From Promethearchaeota archaeon (GTDB taxonomy: Archaea > Asgardarchaeota > Lokiarchaeia > Sigyniarchaeales > SOKP01), in contig JBHLOY010000002.1 of the NCBI GenBank assembly GCA_048939995.1, positions 416,001 to 480,000 on the forward strand: 64,000 bases of DNA, in the 5' to 3' direction. Under the pieces are notes generated by a model, which was not told where the DNA came from, searched no databases, and saw only the letters and a list, made by a program, of their open reading frames with translations. How positions within the stretch are numbered: the stretch's first letter is position 1; each line of letters starts with the position of its first letter. The translations under genes were made by a program, and so were the position numbers. Of this stretch, positions 18,457-28,593 are shown piece after piece.

Positions 18457-19566
18457 ATGTTAGAACCTTTTTGCACAAAATTAGCGAATTTGGCAATCAA
18501 TTATTCTATTAACGTAAAGAAGGGAGATAGAATTGTTATATTGGGACCAGTATTCGCAAAAGACTTATTTTTAGCATTACAAGTTGAAATTTTAAAAGCA
18601 GGTGGGCATCCTCTTTTAATTCCTCAATTAGATGGAGAGGATGAGTTATTTTTTAAATATGCTACTGATGAGCAATTATGTTATTTTGATAATATTTTTG
18701 TTACCATGGCAAAAGAATTCGATGGTTTGGTACAAATATTTGCTGATTATAATAGTAAAAAACTAACTTTAGTTGATCCAAAGAAATTGAGCAAAAATCG
18801 AAGCGCAGCAAAAAGATTTGAAATGTTGAAAATTTTTAATGAAAGAGAAGCGAAGGGAGAAGTTAGTTGGGTGGGGATTCCTTATCCATACCACTCAGCC
18901 GCCCAAGAGGCATGTATGGACTTATTTTCTTATTATGATTTCGTAGAGAAAGCTTTATTTTTAGATAAAGAGGATCCTGTACAAGAATGGAAAACCCTTA
19001 AAAGAAAACAGGATGTTATTGTATCTTTTTTAAATGGTATAAAAAAGATGCAAGTATTAGGCGAAGACACTGATTTAACATTATCAGTAGAAGGAAGAAC
19101 TTGGGATAATTGTAGTGGTAAAGTAAATTTACCTGACGGTGAAGTATACACAGGTCCTATTGAAGATTCGGTAAATGGTCATATTAGATTTACCTATCCT
19201 GGAATTTACTTAGGTCAAGAAATTGAAAATATATTCCTAGAATTTAAAGATGGGAAAGTAATTAAAGGAACTGCAGATAAAGGGGAAGAACTTCTACAAG
19301 AGATAATGAAAATTAGGAATGCAAATAAATTAGGTGAGTTTGCTGTTGGAACCAATTATGGAATTACTCAATTTACTAAAAACATGTTATTTGATGAAAA
19401 AATGGGAGGAACCCTTCACTGCGCTTTAGGGTTAGGATTTCCTAAAACTGGTTCGAAAAATTTTAGTGTTATCCATTGGGACATCTTAAAAGATATGAAG
19501 TTACCTGGTTCAAAGATTATAGCGGATGAAAAGGTTATTTATGAAGAGGGTAGATGGAAAATCTAA
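18457..19566 (+). CDS. ampS: M29 (AmpS/aminopeptidase II) metallopeptidase, copy 1
   Basis: NLPDGEVYT, LGEFAVG, LFDEKMGGT.H.ALG, S.IHWD. Confidence 0.9.
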   Translation: MLEPFCTKLANLAINYSINVKKGDRIVILGPVFAKDLFLALQVEILKAGGHPLLIPQLDGEDELFFKYATDEQLCYFDNIFVTMAKEFDGLVQIFADYNSKKLTLVDPKKLSKNRSAAKRFEMLKIFNEREAKGEVSWVGIPYPYHSAAQEACMDLFSYYDFVEKALFLDKEDPVQEWKTLKRKQDVIVSFLNGIKKMQVLGEDTDLTLSVEGRTWDNCSGKVNLPDGEVYTGPIEDSVNGHIRFTYPGIYLGQEIENIFLEFKDGKVIKGTADKGEELLQEIMKIRNANKLGEFAVGTNYGITQFTKNMLFDEKMGGTLHCALGLGFPKTGSKNFSVIHWDILKDMKLPGSKIIADEKVIYEEGRWKI

Positions 19567-19624
19567 AATTATTATTGTTTTCCTTTACTTTATTACTAAA
19601 ATTTTTAAAAAATAGTGAGTTAAA

Positions 19625-20734
19625 ATGATCAACCCCATGTATGAGAAATTAGCAAATATTGTTGTAAATTATTCTCTCGAAGTCAAAAAAGGACATAGAG
19701 TAGCTATAACTGGGCCTGCTTTTGCAAAGGAGCTATTCCAGGCATTATATGCTGAAACAATTAAGAGCGGAGCTCATCCTTTAGCAATACCTCAAATTGA
19801 AGGCTTAAACGAACTTCTTTTTCAATTAGCTTCTGAAGAACAACTAGGTTATGTGGATGATGCAATTAAACACATTATGAGTAATTTTAACAGCTATATA
19901 CAAATCAGAGCAGATTATAATACTCAGAAATTAACAACAATAGATCCTAAAAAGATTGCTAAAAACCAGGGCTCTCCACAATATAAAGAAATTATGAAAA
20001 TCTTAATGGAGAGGTCTGCTAGTGAAGAGTTGAAATGGATTATTGTACCCTTTCCATGTCAGGCGTATGCTCAAGAAGCAAAAATGGATATTTTTTCTTA
20101 TAGTGAATTTGTAAATGAAGCATTATTATTAGATAAAGAAAACCCTCTTGAAGAGTGGAAGAAGATTCAGATTAAACAAGAAAATATTGTTGAAAAATTA
20201 AATCAAGCAGATAAAATTCGCGTTATTGGTGCAGATACTGAATTAGTTTTATCAGTAAAAGACAGAATTTGGAAAAATTGCTGTGGTAAGAATAATTTGC
20301 CCGATGGAGAGGTTTATACTGGTCCTATTGAGGATTCAGTAAATGGTAATATTCGATTTACCTATCCAGGAATTTATCAGGGAAGAGAAATTGAAAATAT
20401 ATATTTGGAATTTAAAGATGGTAGAGTAATAAAAGCAACAGCAGATAAAGGACAAGAATTACTCAATGAAATTCTAAAGATTGAAAATGCCGATAGATTG
20501 GGAGAATTCGCAATAGGAACAAATTATGGAATTACTCAGTTTACTAAAAACATGCTATTTGACGAAAAAATGGGTGGAACTATTCACTGCGCTTTAGGGT
20601 TAGGAATGGCTGAAACGGGATCGAAAAATGTGAGTGCTATTCATTGGGATATACTAAAAGATATGAAAGTTCCTGGTTCCAAAATATTTGTTGGTGAACA
20701 AATAATTTATGAAGAAGGGAAATGGAAAATCTAA
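19625..20734 (+). CDS. ampS: M29 (AmpS/aminopeptidase II) metallopeptidase, copy 2
   Basis: Same motifs and same length (369 aa); tandem paralogue. Confidence 0.9.
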   Translation: MINPMYEKLANIVVNYSLEVKKGHRVAITGPAFAKELFQALYAETIKSGAHPLAIPQIEGLNELLFQLASEEQLGYVDDAIKHIMSNFNSYIQIRADYNTQKLTTIDPKKIAKNQGSPQYKEIMKILMERSASEELKWIIVPFPCQAYAQEAKMDIFSYSEFVNEALLLDKENPLEEWKKIQIKQENIVEKLNQADKIRVIGADTELVLSVKDRIWKNCCGKNNLPDGEVYTGPIEDSVNGNIRFTYPGIYQGREIENIYLEFKDGRVIKATADKGQELLNEILKIENADRLGEFAIGTNYGITQFTKNMLFDEKMGGTIHCALGLGMAETGSKNVSAIHWDILKDMKVPGSKIFVGEQIIYEEGKWKI

Positions 20735-20846
20735 TTTTTAATTTTTTTATAACAAATTTTGACATAAAGATTTTTTTTATATAAACTTTAAAAAACTAAT
20801 TTACTTAATTGTTTTCTAGTAAGCTGATTTCCAACTAGAAATTAAA

Positions 20847-21167
20847 TTGGTGACAAGCATAACTGAATTGGAAAAACGTTTTCTTATTTTCGAAATAAAT
20901 GAGGATCTGGAAGACTTTCAAAAGTTGGATATAGAAGAGGGTCCTATGTACAATATTTTAAAACCAGATTCCATATTTCTATTTCTCGATGAAGATAATA
21001 AGCAAATTTGGCTTTGGCATGGACGACATGCTGAAATTAGAAAAAAATTTATAGCTACTCAATCTGTTCCAAAAATTAGAGATCAATATGGAATAGATTA
21101 TAAAATAACCGCTGTTGACGATGGGAAAGAAGATATTATGTTTAAAGTATTCTTAGGTTTAGAATAA
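20847..21167 (+). CDS. Single-domain gelsolin-like protein
   Basis: L.PDSIFLFLD...IWLWHG......KKFIA and VDDGKE...F. Confidence 0.75.
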   Translation: MVTSITELEKRFLIFEINEDLEDFQKLDIEEGPMYNILKPDSIFLFLDEDNKQIWLWHGRHAEIRKKFIATQSVPKIRDQYGIDYKITAVDDGKEDIMFKVFLGLE

Positions 21168-21283
21168 TTACCATCTTTTACTTAATTATTAGAATAATGA
21201 GAGTTCTGTTGTTACATACATACTAAATTATCTTGAAATTTTTAAACTCCTCCTTTTTAATCTAATTAAGGTGGATTTATTTT

Positions 21284-21541
21284 ATGGAAAGTAATGATTC
21301 TATTTTTAATTCAACAAAAAGAGCTATTATTAATTTTGAAAACATCAAAGAAGCTATTCAAGGAATTTATGAAATTTTGAAAATTGTAATACCAAATGAA
21401 AATATTTATTTCAAGATGGGACAAGATAACATCGAAGCAATTTGTCAAAATTTGATAGAGCTATTAGTTAATGAACTTGGTGCAAAGGAATTTATGAAAA
21501 AAATTCAACGTGCAGAGATAGATTTAAATATGCCCCTTTAA
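21284..21541 (+). CDS. Hypothetical helical protein
   Basis: 85-aa ORF with AGGTGG upstream. Confidence 0.55.
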   Translation: MESNDSIFNSTKRAIINFENIKEAIQGIYEILKIVIPNENIYFKMGQDNIEAICQNLIELLVNELGAKEFMKKIQRAEIDLNMPL

Positions 21542-21557
21542 ATTAAATAAAAGTTTG

Positions 21558-22181
21558 CTATTTCAGAATTTTTCCAGTTTCCAAAAACCATAAATAAAGA
21601 TCTAATTCAGCTAAACTCAGATCAAGCTTATTTGCGATATTTTTTAAAATAATTTCAATTTCAATATATTTTTGTTTTGACATTGATTTCGGTTTTTCAA
21701 TCAGGTTATATTCAACTAGTAAGTCAACAATATGAAAATCTACAATAGCATAGTCATTAAATCCTATATTTCTTAAAAAGTGACTTGCTTCTTTATACCC
21801 GAATCCTTTAATATTTTTTATTAACCATTCTCTTAATTCATCATTAGAATCAAGTTTAATTTTTTCTTCTAAATCAATTTTAAAATCCCTAGCTTGAATG
21901 ATATATTGGGATCTAATATTAGGGAATCGATATCCATACTTTTTAAACATCTTGGTTAGGTCAGTTTGAGATAAGAAATTAAATTTCTCTCCAATTTTTT
22001 CATGAATTTCAATACATTTTTCAGCGGCGCAATTCGCAGTCATAATGCAGAAGCAAAGCTCCTTAAAGATGGTATCTCCATCCAAATCCCTAATCTCTGA
22101 AAATTCATTGATACGGGACTTTATAACTTCTGAAATTTCAGAACTTTTAAGTCTATTTATACTGTCGATTAAATCTTGCAT
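21558..22181 (-). CDS. ogg: 8-oxoguanine DNA glycosylase/AP lyase (archaeal Ogg2 type)
   Basis: FKELCFCIMTAN, GYRFPN.R, KGFGYKEASHFLRNIG, AIVD.HI. Confidence 0.92.
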   Translation of the reverse strand: MQDLIDSINRLKSSEISEVIKSRINEFSEIRDLDGDTIFKELCFCIMTANCAAEKCIEIHEKIGEKFNFLSQTDLTKMFKKYGYRFPNIRSQYIIQARDFKIDLEEKIKLDSNDELREWLIKNIKGFGYKEASHFLRNIGFNDYAIVDFHIVDLLVEYNLIEKPKSMSKQKYIEIEIILKNIANKLDLSLAELDLYLWFLETGKILK

Positions 22182-22433
22182 TAATGAATAAATACTATTA
22201 TAGGTGCTTTATATTATAATCTCTTTATATTGATAAGTGGATATCATCCTTACAGTAATATCTAAATATCATAATAGATAATTAGAGAACCCAAAAAATC
22301 CATCATTTGACTTCTGTGTTTTTTTATATTCAGAATAGTACGGAATAGAATCACATAAAAGTAAAATTCTAAATCAATTTAAAAATCAAGTCTTAAATTA
22401 ACATATTAGAAATAAGGGATTTCTATAACTAAA

Positions 22434-22739
22434 ATGTCTACTACCAATAATGACCTTGAAATGGATTTTTATATTAAAATTATTAATTTTTTCAAGAATC
22501 AACCATCAACTGATGAAACAATCGAAATCTGGAAAGATAACTCCCTTATTGAATTAATGAAAGTTCTTGAAAGAACAGAAAATAAAAAAATTATTCAAAA
22601 TGCAATTATATTATTAATCTCTTTATTTGAGCAAATTCCACCTGATCTGTATAATAACAAGGGTAGAAATTCAAAATTAATAGATGAAAAAGAAAAAAAA
22701 GCATATCTAAACCTAATGAAATCAGAATTTTTGGACTGA
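22434..22739 (+). CDS. Hypothetical protein
   Basis: 101-aa ORF. Confidence 0.55.
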   Translation: MSTTNNDLEMDFYIKIINFFKNQPSTDETIEIWKDNSLIELMKVLERTENKKIIQNAIILLISLFEQIPPDLYNNKGRNSKLIDEKEKKAYLNLMKSEFLD

Positions 22740-22960
22740 AACGCTTTTAAAGTGAGCTGCTTTCTCGGATTTTTTTATTGACTAATAAAGAAGTAAACTT
22801 AAAAAAGATTTTTTTAAATAAGTTCACTTGAAAATATAATTTTTTTCCAAATTGGAAAACTTTATATATGCAATAATTAACTATAAAGAAAAATTTTTTA
22901 ATCTGGCTAAAATTTCACAAAAGTAATCAGATAAAATAATAAAATTCTAACCGTTTCACT

Positions 22961-24349
22961 ATGGTGGAATCCACTAAAATCCTTTCTGATGAAAATAGAT
23001 TTCATAAACATCTTGGGAAATTTAGTTGCTTGATGATAGGAATCGGAGGGTTAATTGGTGGAGGAATATTTAGTGTAATTGGAGTAATATCTATTTATAC
23101 AGGTCCCTATGCTTACATTTCTTATTTGATAACAGCTATTATAACTTTAATAACTGTTTATTCTTACCAAAAGTTAAATTTTAAATGGTATGGACCAGGA
23201 GGAGAATACTCTGTGGTTCAAGGGGCTTTTGTAAACACCAAATTTCATAACCTAGGATTATTTGTAGGATTACTACTCTGTTTCGGCTATATTTCCTCAA
23301 TGGCCTTATATGCGTACACCTTTAGTGTATACTTTCTATTTTTATTCAATATTCAAAATAATTATTTTTTAATTTCAATTATTATTACAATCTTATTTTT
23401 AATTTTCACCCTTTTAAATTTAAAAGGAGTTAAAGAATCAGCGAGACTACAAAATATTCTTGTAATAATTAAAGTTATTATTTTGATTCTATTCAGCATC
23501 CTGGGAATATCTTATGCCTTGAACTCCCCGGCTCAGATGCTGTCAAATGTTGGTTTAGATATTGATTCCTTAAGAAATCTGTCATTTTTAGGTATAATTA
23601 TTGGGAGTTCTTCTATTGTCGTATCATATCAGGGATTTCAATTAATCGCCTATGGTTCAGCAGAAATGAAAGATACTAGGGGAGGATTAAAGATGATGCG
23701 ATGGTCAATTATAATTTCAATGATCATTTATTGCCTAGTAGGTTTTACGGCTATTGCCATTTTAGGTATCTCAGGATTAGTTGAAGGAGGTGTTCAATAT
23801 GCAGAAGTTGCTATCGCTAATGCAGCCTTAAACTTTATGGGACCATTTGGTATGGTAATTGTTATATTCGGAGCTCTTTTATCAACTGCTAGCGCTTTAA
23901 ATGCAACTATTTTAGGTTCTTCCCGTTTGATTTATTTACTCGCAAAAGAGAAAATTTTTCCAAAGAAGTTTTCATATTTAAGTAATAATAAAGTTCCTCA
24001 TAATGCTATCTTATTTATAAGCATTTTAAGTGTAATACTTACAATCATTACTGGAGGGGCCTTATCAATTGCTAAAGTAGCAGCCTTTATCTTCACCCAA
24101 GTATTTTTTATCATGAATTTTACAAACTATAAAGTACATAAAAAAACAGAAAGTAAAAAATTATTGCCACTAATAGGAATGATTTTAACAGGAGCTTTAT
24201 TTTTGATTTTACTAATATTTAATATTGTTAACATAGCAACTGAATTTATTTCATTTATATCCTTTGTTTGTATGCAAATTGTAATCTTATTTTTAATAAC
24301 TCATATTAAAAATAATAAAAACAATCACAAACATAAATTTATTAGCTAA
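22961..24349 (+). CDS. APC-superfamily amino acid permease
   Basis: IG.LIGGGIF, GG.Y, SYQGFQLI, about 12 TM. Confidence 0.88.
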   Translation: MVESTKILSDENRFHKHLGKFSCLMIGIGGLIGGGIFSVIGVISIYTGPYAYISYLITAIITLITVYSYQKLNFKWYGPGGEYSVVQGAFVNTKFHNLGLFVGLLLCFGYISSMALYAYTFSVYFLFLFNIQNNYFLISIIITILFLIFTLLNLKGVKESARLQNILVIIKVIILILFSILGISYALNSPAQMLSNVGLDIDSLRNLSFLGIIIGSSSIVVSYQGFQLIAYGSAEMKDTRGGLKMMRWSIIISMIIYCLVGFTAIAILGISGLVEGGVQYAEVAIANAALNFMGPFGMVIVIFGALLSTASALNATILGSSRLIYLLAKEKIFPKKFSYLSNNKVPHNAILFISILSVILTIITGGALSIAKVAAFIFTQVFFIMNFTNYKVHKKTESKKLLPLIGMILTGALFLILLIFNIVNIATEFISFISFVCMQIVILFLITHIKNNKNNHKHKFIS

Positions 24350-24400
24350 TTCTTTCATATTTTTGTTAAATTTAAGCATTGTTCATAACAGGGTTCTAGC

Positions 24401-27400
24401 ATGTATAAACATTTCAAACTATATAATTATTATAAAAAAAGATATCTTGGAAAAATCTTAATATTAGGGTTAATTGCATTAGGATTTCTTTTAACCTCAA
24501 ATTTGAATCTCTTTGGGTTCAAGATTAATCATTTGAATGAAAATTCCTATAAAAACTTAAATACTGCTAATGGTAACTCAAATTTATTTGAAGGGACATT
24601 AAGTCCATTAAATATTACGGAGTATGGTAATTTATACAACATGAGCCAAGAAATATCGTTAACCAATCAAGAAGAAATAAATCTAAAGTACTATCTCGAT
24701 GATTATCATAGTTGGGAGGTTTCCCAAATTAATAATTCAATAGATACTGTACAGGATACAAGGGATTGGATTAATAATAGTGACTTTTTACCCATAACAA
24801 CTTATACAGTTTACGAAGATCATCAAAGTCCCCATGAATATCAACCCAATAGAGGAAGGGCACAAACATTAGATTCAATCAGCCAATCTGGAGCAATAGC
24901 TATGAGAGTTCACTTTGTTAATTTAAGTTTTGAAGATAGTTATGATAATTTTTTAATGGAAAATGAAAATAATACATTATGTTATATTGATACTGGGTTT
25001 AAATTAGACTTTTTCTCACCTTGGATTTTAGGTAGCACTTTATACTTCTATTTTGAATCTGATGGTTCAATTCAAGAATGGGGTTATGAAATTGATTATT
25101 ATGAATTTATAAATGGATCTTCAAATATTTATCGAAATGCTCGATCTTGGGGATTTAATCAATTCTCATACACTAAAACTGGGTATGGCGCTGGTCAGGC
25201 TGATGGTGAAGATAGCATGTATTTAGCTCTTTATTCAGAAATATCCTCAGAATATCCTCCTCAATATGATGCAACCTATTATGAGGGTAATTTTGTTGAA
25301 TTATACCAAAATATTTCGATTCCACGAGGAAAAGTAATTGATGGATATATTAGCTTTGATTATTACCCAGAATTTGCAATGGAATCAAATGAAAATTTTA
25401 TCTATTGCGAGATCAATAATCAGAAAATATATTCCAAAGGTTTAGGAGATATTGTTAAAAGCGGAAGACGTACGTGGCATCATACTGGAAAGATTTATTT
25501 AGGTTTATGGTCAAACTCGTCAAATATTTTTGGAGGCATACAAAATAATCAAGAATTTAATATTTCTGTAGGAATCATGAGTGGAGCCTCAGTGATGTAT
25601 ACCGGTTTTGAAGATCAATGTCAACAAATATTTTGGTTTGATAATCTTTCATTAGTTCTTACGACGATAGCAAATTGTAGTCAAGAGGGAATAAATTTAA
25701 AACTAAATTCATTAGATTTAACTCAAGGGGACGAATGGGGAACAGCTAATATCTTATTTAATGGAAATTGGGATTCAAATCCTATAATTATTACTGTTAA
25801 TACCACTTCACCTAATTTAAAGTTTAATTTGGATACAATTTTAGCTGGATATCATAAAGGTACATCAAAAATTAATCAACAAAATGAGGAGGGTATTTCA
25901 TATACTATTCTAAATAATGGAACTGTGTATTGGGAATTCTTGCATAACTTTTACATGCCCTCATTTTATTCTGAATTTGAGTTTATTGTAAGTAAACCAA
26001 GCGATTGGCAAATAATTTCAGTTTTTGATCCTACATATTTACCAGTTATCTATGAAGGAGGAAATTATGGTGATGCGTATATTAAGATTAATAGAACACA
26101 AGCAAAGTTTCCTGGTTGGTGGAAATTTAAGGCAATTTCACCTAATTTTATTGAGGAAGAAAACACAATTACTTCGAGGAATGGACAATGGGGATATAAT
26201 GAGTTTTATTCTGGAGATTTTGCTGAAATAAAGACCCAAATTAATTATTCTAATATTATCCCTTCTGGATTGGATCAGACAACAGTAAAACTTACCATTT
26301 ATAATCCACAAGGGGGTATTTGGCATCAAGAAACAAAAGTTCCCCAACTTGATGGAACATTAATTTTTTCAAAATTTTGGTTCTCATCGTCCAATACTAC
26401 TGGAGGAATCTACAATTTTACATTATTTTGGAATAATGGTACTGCTCTAGGAGGGTTAAGTTCATCTTTTACGGTGATACATCAGAGTTATATTACATTA
26501 TTAAAACCAGATGATGCAAGAGAGGATCTTACAACTGGTGGTACTTTAGGAGATATTATTCCATTAAGAGTGTTTGGAAGAGATTTTGAAAATAATAATA
26601 GTATAACTAATGCAATAGTTTCCTACAATTGGAGCTCTGGAACACAGATTATGACTGAAGCTGCTCTCGGTATCTATGAAACTATACTAGACACAGGAGA
26701 TTTAGGATCCTTAGGGCTTTACAAAATATCAATACAAATAAATAAAACTGGCTTTACTGTTAGTAACATTACGTTTACTATCAATTTAGGAGAAGATACC
26801 GTTTTACAAAGATTAGATTCGGATTCAGAAATAATTCTAAATGCAAATAGTACAATAAAGTTTTATTATTATTCTGATTTCGATGAAGATGGAATAGTTG
26901 GAGCGATTGTTACAGTCAATATTTCTAATCCTAGCTATTATAAGGTTAATGATCTCTTAGATGGAAATTATGAAATAACATTTAACACAGCTTTTATTGC
27001 AATACCTGGGGTATATAGGTTACAATTTACGTTTTATGCTCCCGGATATGAAGAACAAGTTCATATTTATCAATTCCGAATAATTAATCCTCCAATAGAC
27101 AATCCTGGTCCAGATCTTTTATTTTTAATTATAATATTATTAGCTGCAATTATTATTATTGGCGTATTAGCATCATTAAGTATAAGATCATATGTAATGA
27201 TACCTAGAAGACGGAAAAGAGAATCTGAATTATTAGCAAGAACTCAAAGATTCAAAGATCTTTCGAATATCCAAGCTATTGTAGTGATTAATAAGACGAG
27301 TGGAATTCCAATTTTCTCGAAAACGTATTCAATCCTTGAAAAACATAAAAAAGAATTATTTTCTGGCTTCATACAAGCAATAACCACCATTGGAGAGGAG

Positions 27401-27934
27401 ATCGTTGGAAGAGAAGTAGCTACGGAAGATGTTAAACCAGAATCAAAATCATCCTTAAAGGAAAGGCTTTTAGAATTAGATTTCAAATACTTTTATTGCC
27501 TGATAAATGATAAAGAAGATATTCGGATAGTTTTTATACTTAAGGAAAAAGCATCACAGAGATTAAAAGAACAAATAATGCATCTTTCTTTAGCATTAAC
27601 GTTACATTTAAGTGAAATTTTTGAAAAGTGGGATGGTTCTTTAGATCAATTTGATGATTTAGTACCACCCATATTAAATGATTATATTGAATTATATTAT
27701 AAAGAGTCATTTATAATTGGAAGAACAGAACATATTGCCAAATTAAGAAAGGATAGCGAATTAAACTCTATGGAAACAAGAATTCTTAACGTTATCTATT
27801 CAATTGCTAAAAGTAAAAGCGAATTTGATTTGGATTATATTATAACCTCTGTACATGAAACAAATAAAGATAAAGTTATTGATGCATTAGAAACACTAAT
27901 TCAGAAGAAAATTATTATCCCTAAAACCAGTTAA
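24401..27934 (+). CDS. Large receptor-like membrane protein: CUB-like and Ig-like ectodomain, TM, cytoplasmic longin and winged-helix-like end
   Basis: SPHEYQPN...MRVHF....E..YD...FESDGS....GYEIDYY (CUB-like); TM followed by RRRKR; IVVINKTSGIPIFS...LFSGFIQAITT (longin). Confidence 0.7.
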   Translation: MYKHFKLYNYYKKRYLGKILILGLIALGFLLTSNLNLFGFKINHLNENSYKNLNTANGNSNLFEGTLSPLNITEYGNLYNMSQEISLTNQEEINLKYYLDDYHSWEVSQINNSIDTVQDTRDWINNSDFLPITTYTVYEDHQSPHEYQPNRGRAQTLDSISQSGAIAMRVHFVNLSFEDSYDNFLMENENNTLCYIDTGFKLDFFSPWILGSTLYFYFESDGSIQEWGYEIDYYEFINGSSNIYRNARSWGFNQFSYTKTGYGAGQADGEDSMYLALYSEISSEYPPQYDATYYEGNFVELYQNISIPRGKVIDGYISFDYYPEFAMESNENFIYCEINNQKIYSKGLGDIVKSGRRTWHHTGKIYLGLWSNSSNIFGGIQNNQEFNISVGIMSGASVMYTGFEDQCQQIFWFDNLSLVLTTIANCSQEGINLKLNSLDLTQGDEWGTANILFNGNWDSNPIIITVNTTSPNLKFNLDTILAGYHKGTSKINQQNEEGISYTILNNGTVYWEFLHNFYMPSFYSEFEFIVSKPSDWQIISVFDPTYLPVIYEGGNYGDAYIKINRTQAKFPGWWKFKAISPNFIEEENTITSRNGQWGYNEFYSGDFAEIKTQINYSNIIPSGLDQTTVKLTIYNPQGGIWHQETKVPQLDGTLIFSKFWFSSSNTTGGIYNFTLFWNNGTALGGLSSSFTVIHQSYITLLKPDDAREDLTTGGTLGDIIPLRVFGRDFENNNSITNAIVSYNWSSGTQIMTEAALGIYETILDTGDLGSLGLYKISIQINKTGFTVSNITFTINLGEDTVLQRLDSDSEIILNANSTIKFYYYSDFDEDGIVGAIVTVNISNPSYYKVNDLLDGNYEITFNTAFIAIPGVYRLQFTFYAPGYEEQVHIYQFRIINPPIDNPGPDLLFLIIILLAAIIIIGVLASLSIRSYVMIPRRRKRESELLARTQRFKDLSNIQAIVVINKTSGIPIFSKTYSILEKHKKELFSGFIQAITTIGEEIVGREVATEDVKPESKSSLKERLLELDFKYFYCLINDKEDIRIVFILKEKASQRLKEQIMHLSLALTLHLSEIFEKWDGSLDQFDDLVPPILNDYIELYYKESFIIGRTEHIAKLRKDSELNSMETRILNVIYSIAKSKSEFDLDYIITSVHETNKDKVIDALETLIQKKIIIPKTS

Positions 27935-27969
27935 TTTAATTATTTACTTTTTATTTTTTTATTTTAGGC

Positions 27970-28593
27970 ATGGCTTTATCACAAGAATTTAAATTTGAGT
28001 GTATTAGATGTGGTAACTGTTGCACAGATCCTAATACTATTGTAAATACTAGTTATTTTGATATTGTAAGAATTAAAAATGGATTAAATTTAACTTTAGA
28101 TGAATTAATCTACATTTTAGGTTTTTATATTTTTGAAAGGAACATTTCTGGGAAAACCCGTAAAAAATTAGTAATTTCTCCCGTAATTGTGGAAAAGGGA
28201 CCTGCCTTTGTAGGATTATTTAAGAAGAAAAATGGTGAATGCTATTTCTATAATAATAAAAATAAAGAGTGTTCTATTTATAATCTAAGACCAATGTTTT
28301 GTAGAACTTTTCCCTTCTCTTTTCAGAAAATAGGTAAATATACTAAAGAATCTTCTGGTAAAATTAAGATATTTTTAAGTAGTAAAGGAATTGACTATTG
28401 TCCAGGTATAAGTAGTGACTCCCCAGTTATTAACGTTGAAGAATGGTTAAAATTAGGGAGTAAAACCCTAAAAGAAATCGGAGAGAATGAAAAATTGATA
28501 TATAAATATAACTCTCTTGTCAAAGAAAAAAAGCTTCAACCTACAGTAAAGAATTTTCTAACTTTTTTAATAGATTCAGGTTTGAAATTCTGA
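27970..28593 (+). CDS. YkgJ/CxxCxxCC Fe-S or Zn cluster protein
   Basis: CIRCGNCC, C.F, CSIY..RP.FCRTFPF, CPG. Confidence 0.85.
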   Translation: MALSQEFKFECIRCGNCCTDPNTIVNTSYFDIVRIKNGLNLTLDELIYILGFYIFERNISGKTRKKLVISPVIVEKGPAFVGLFKKKNGECYFYNNKNKECSIYNLRPMFCRTFPFSFQKIGKYTKESSGKIKIFLSSKGIDYCPGISSDSPVINVEEWLKLGSKTLKEIGENEKLIYKYNSLVKEKKLQPTVKNFLTFLIDSGLKF

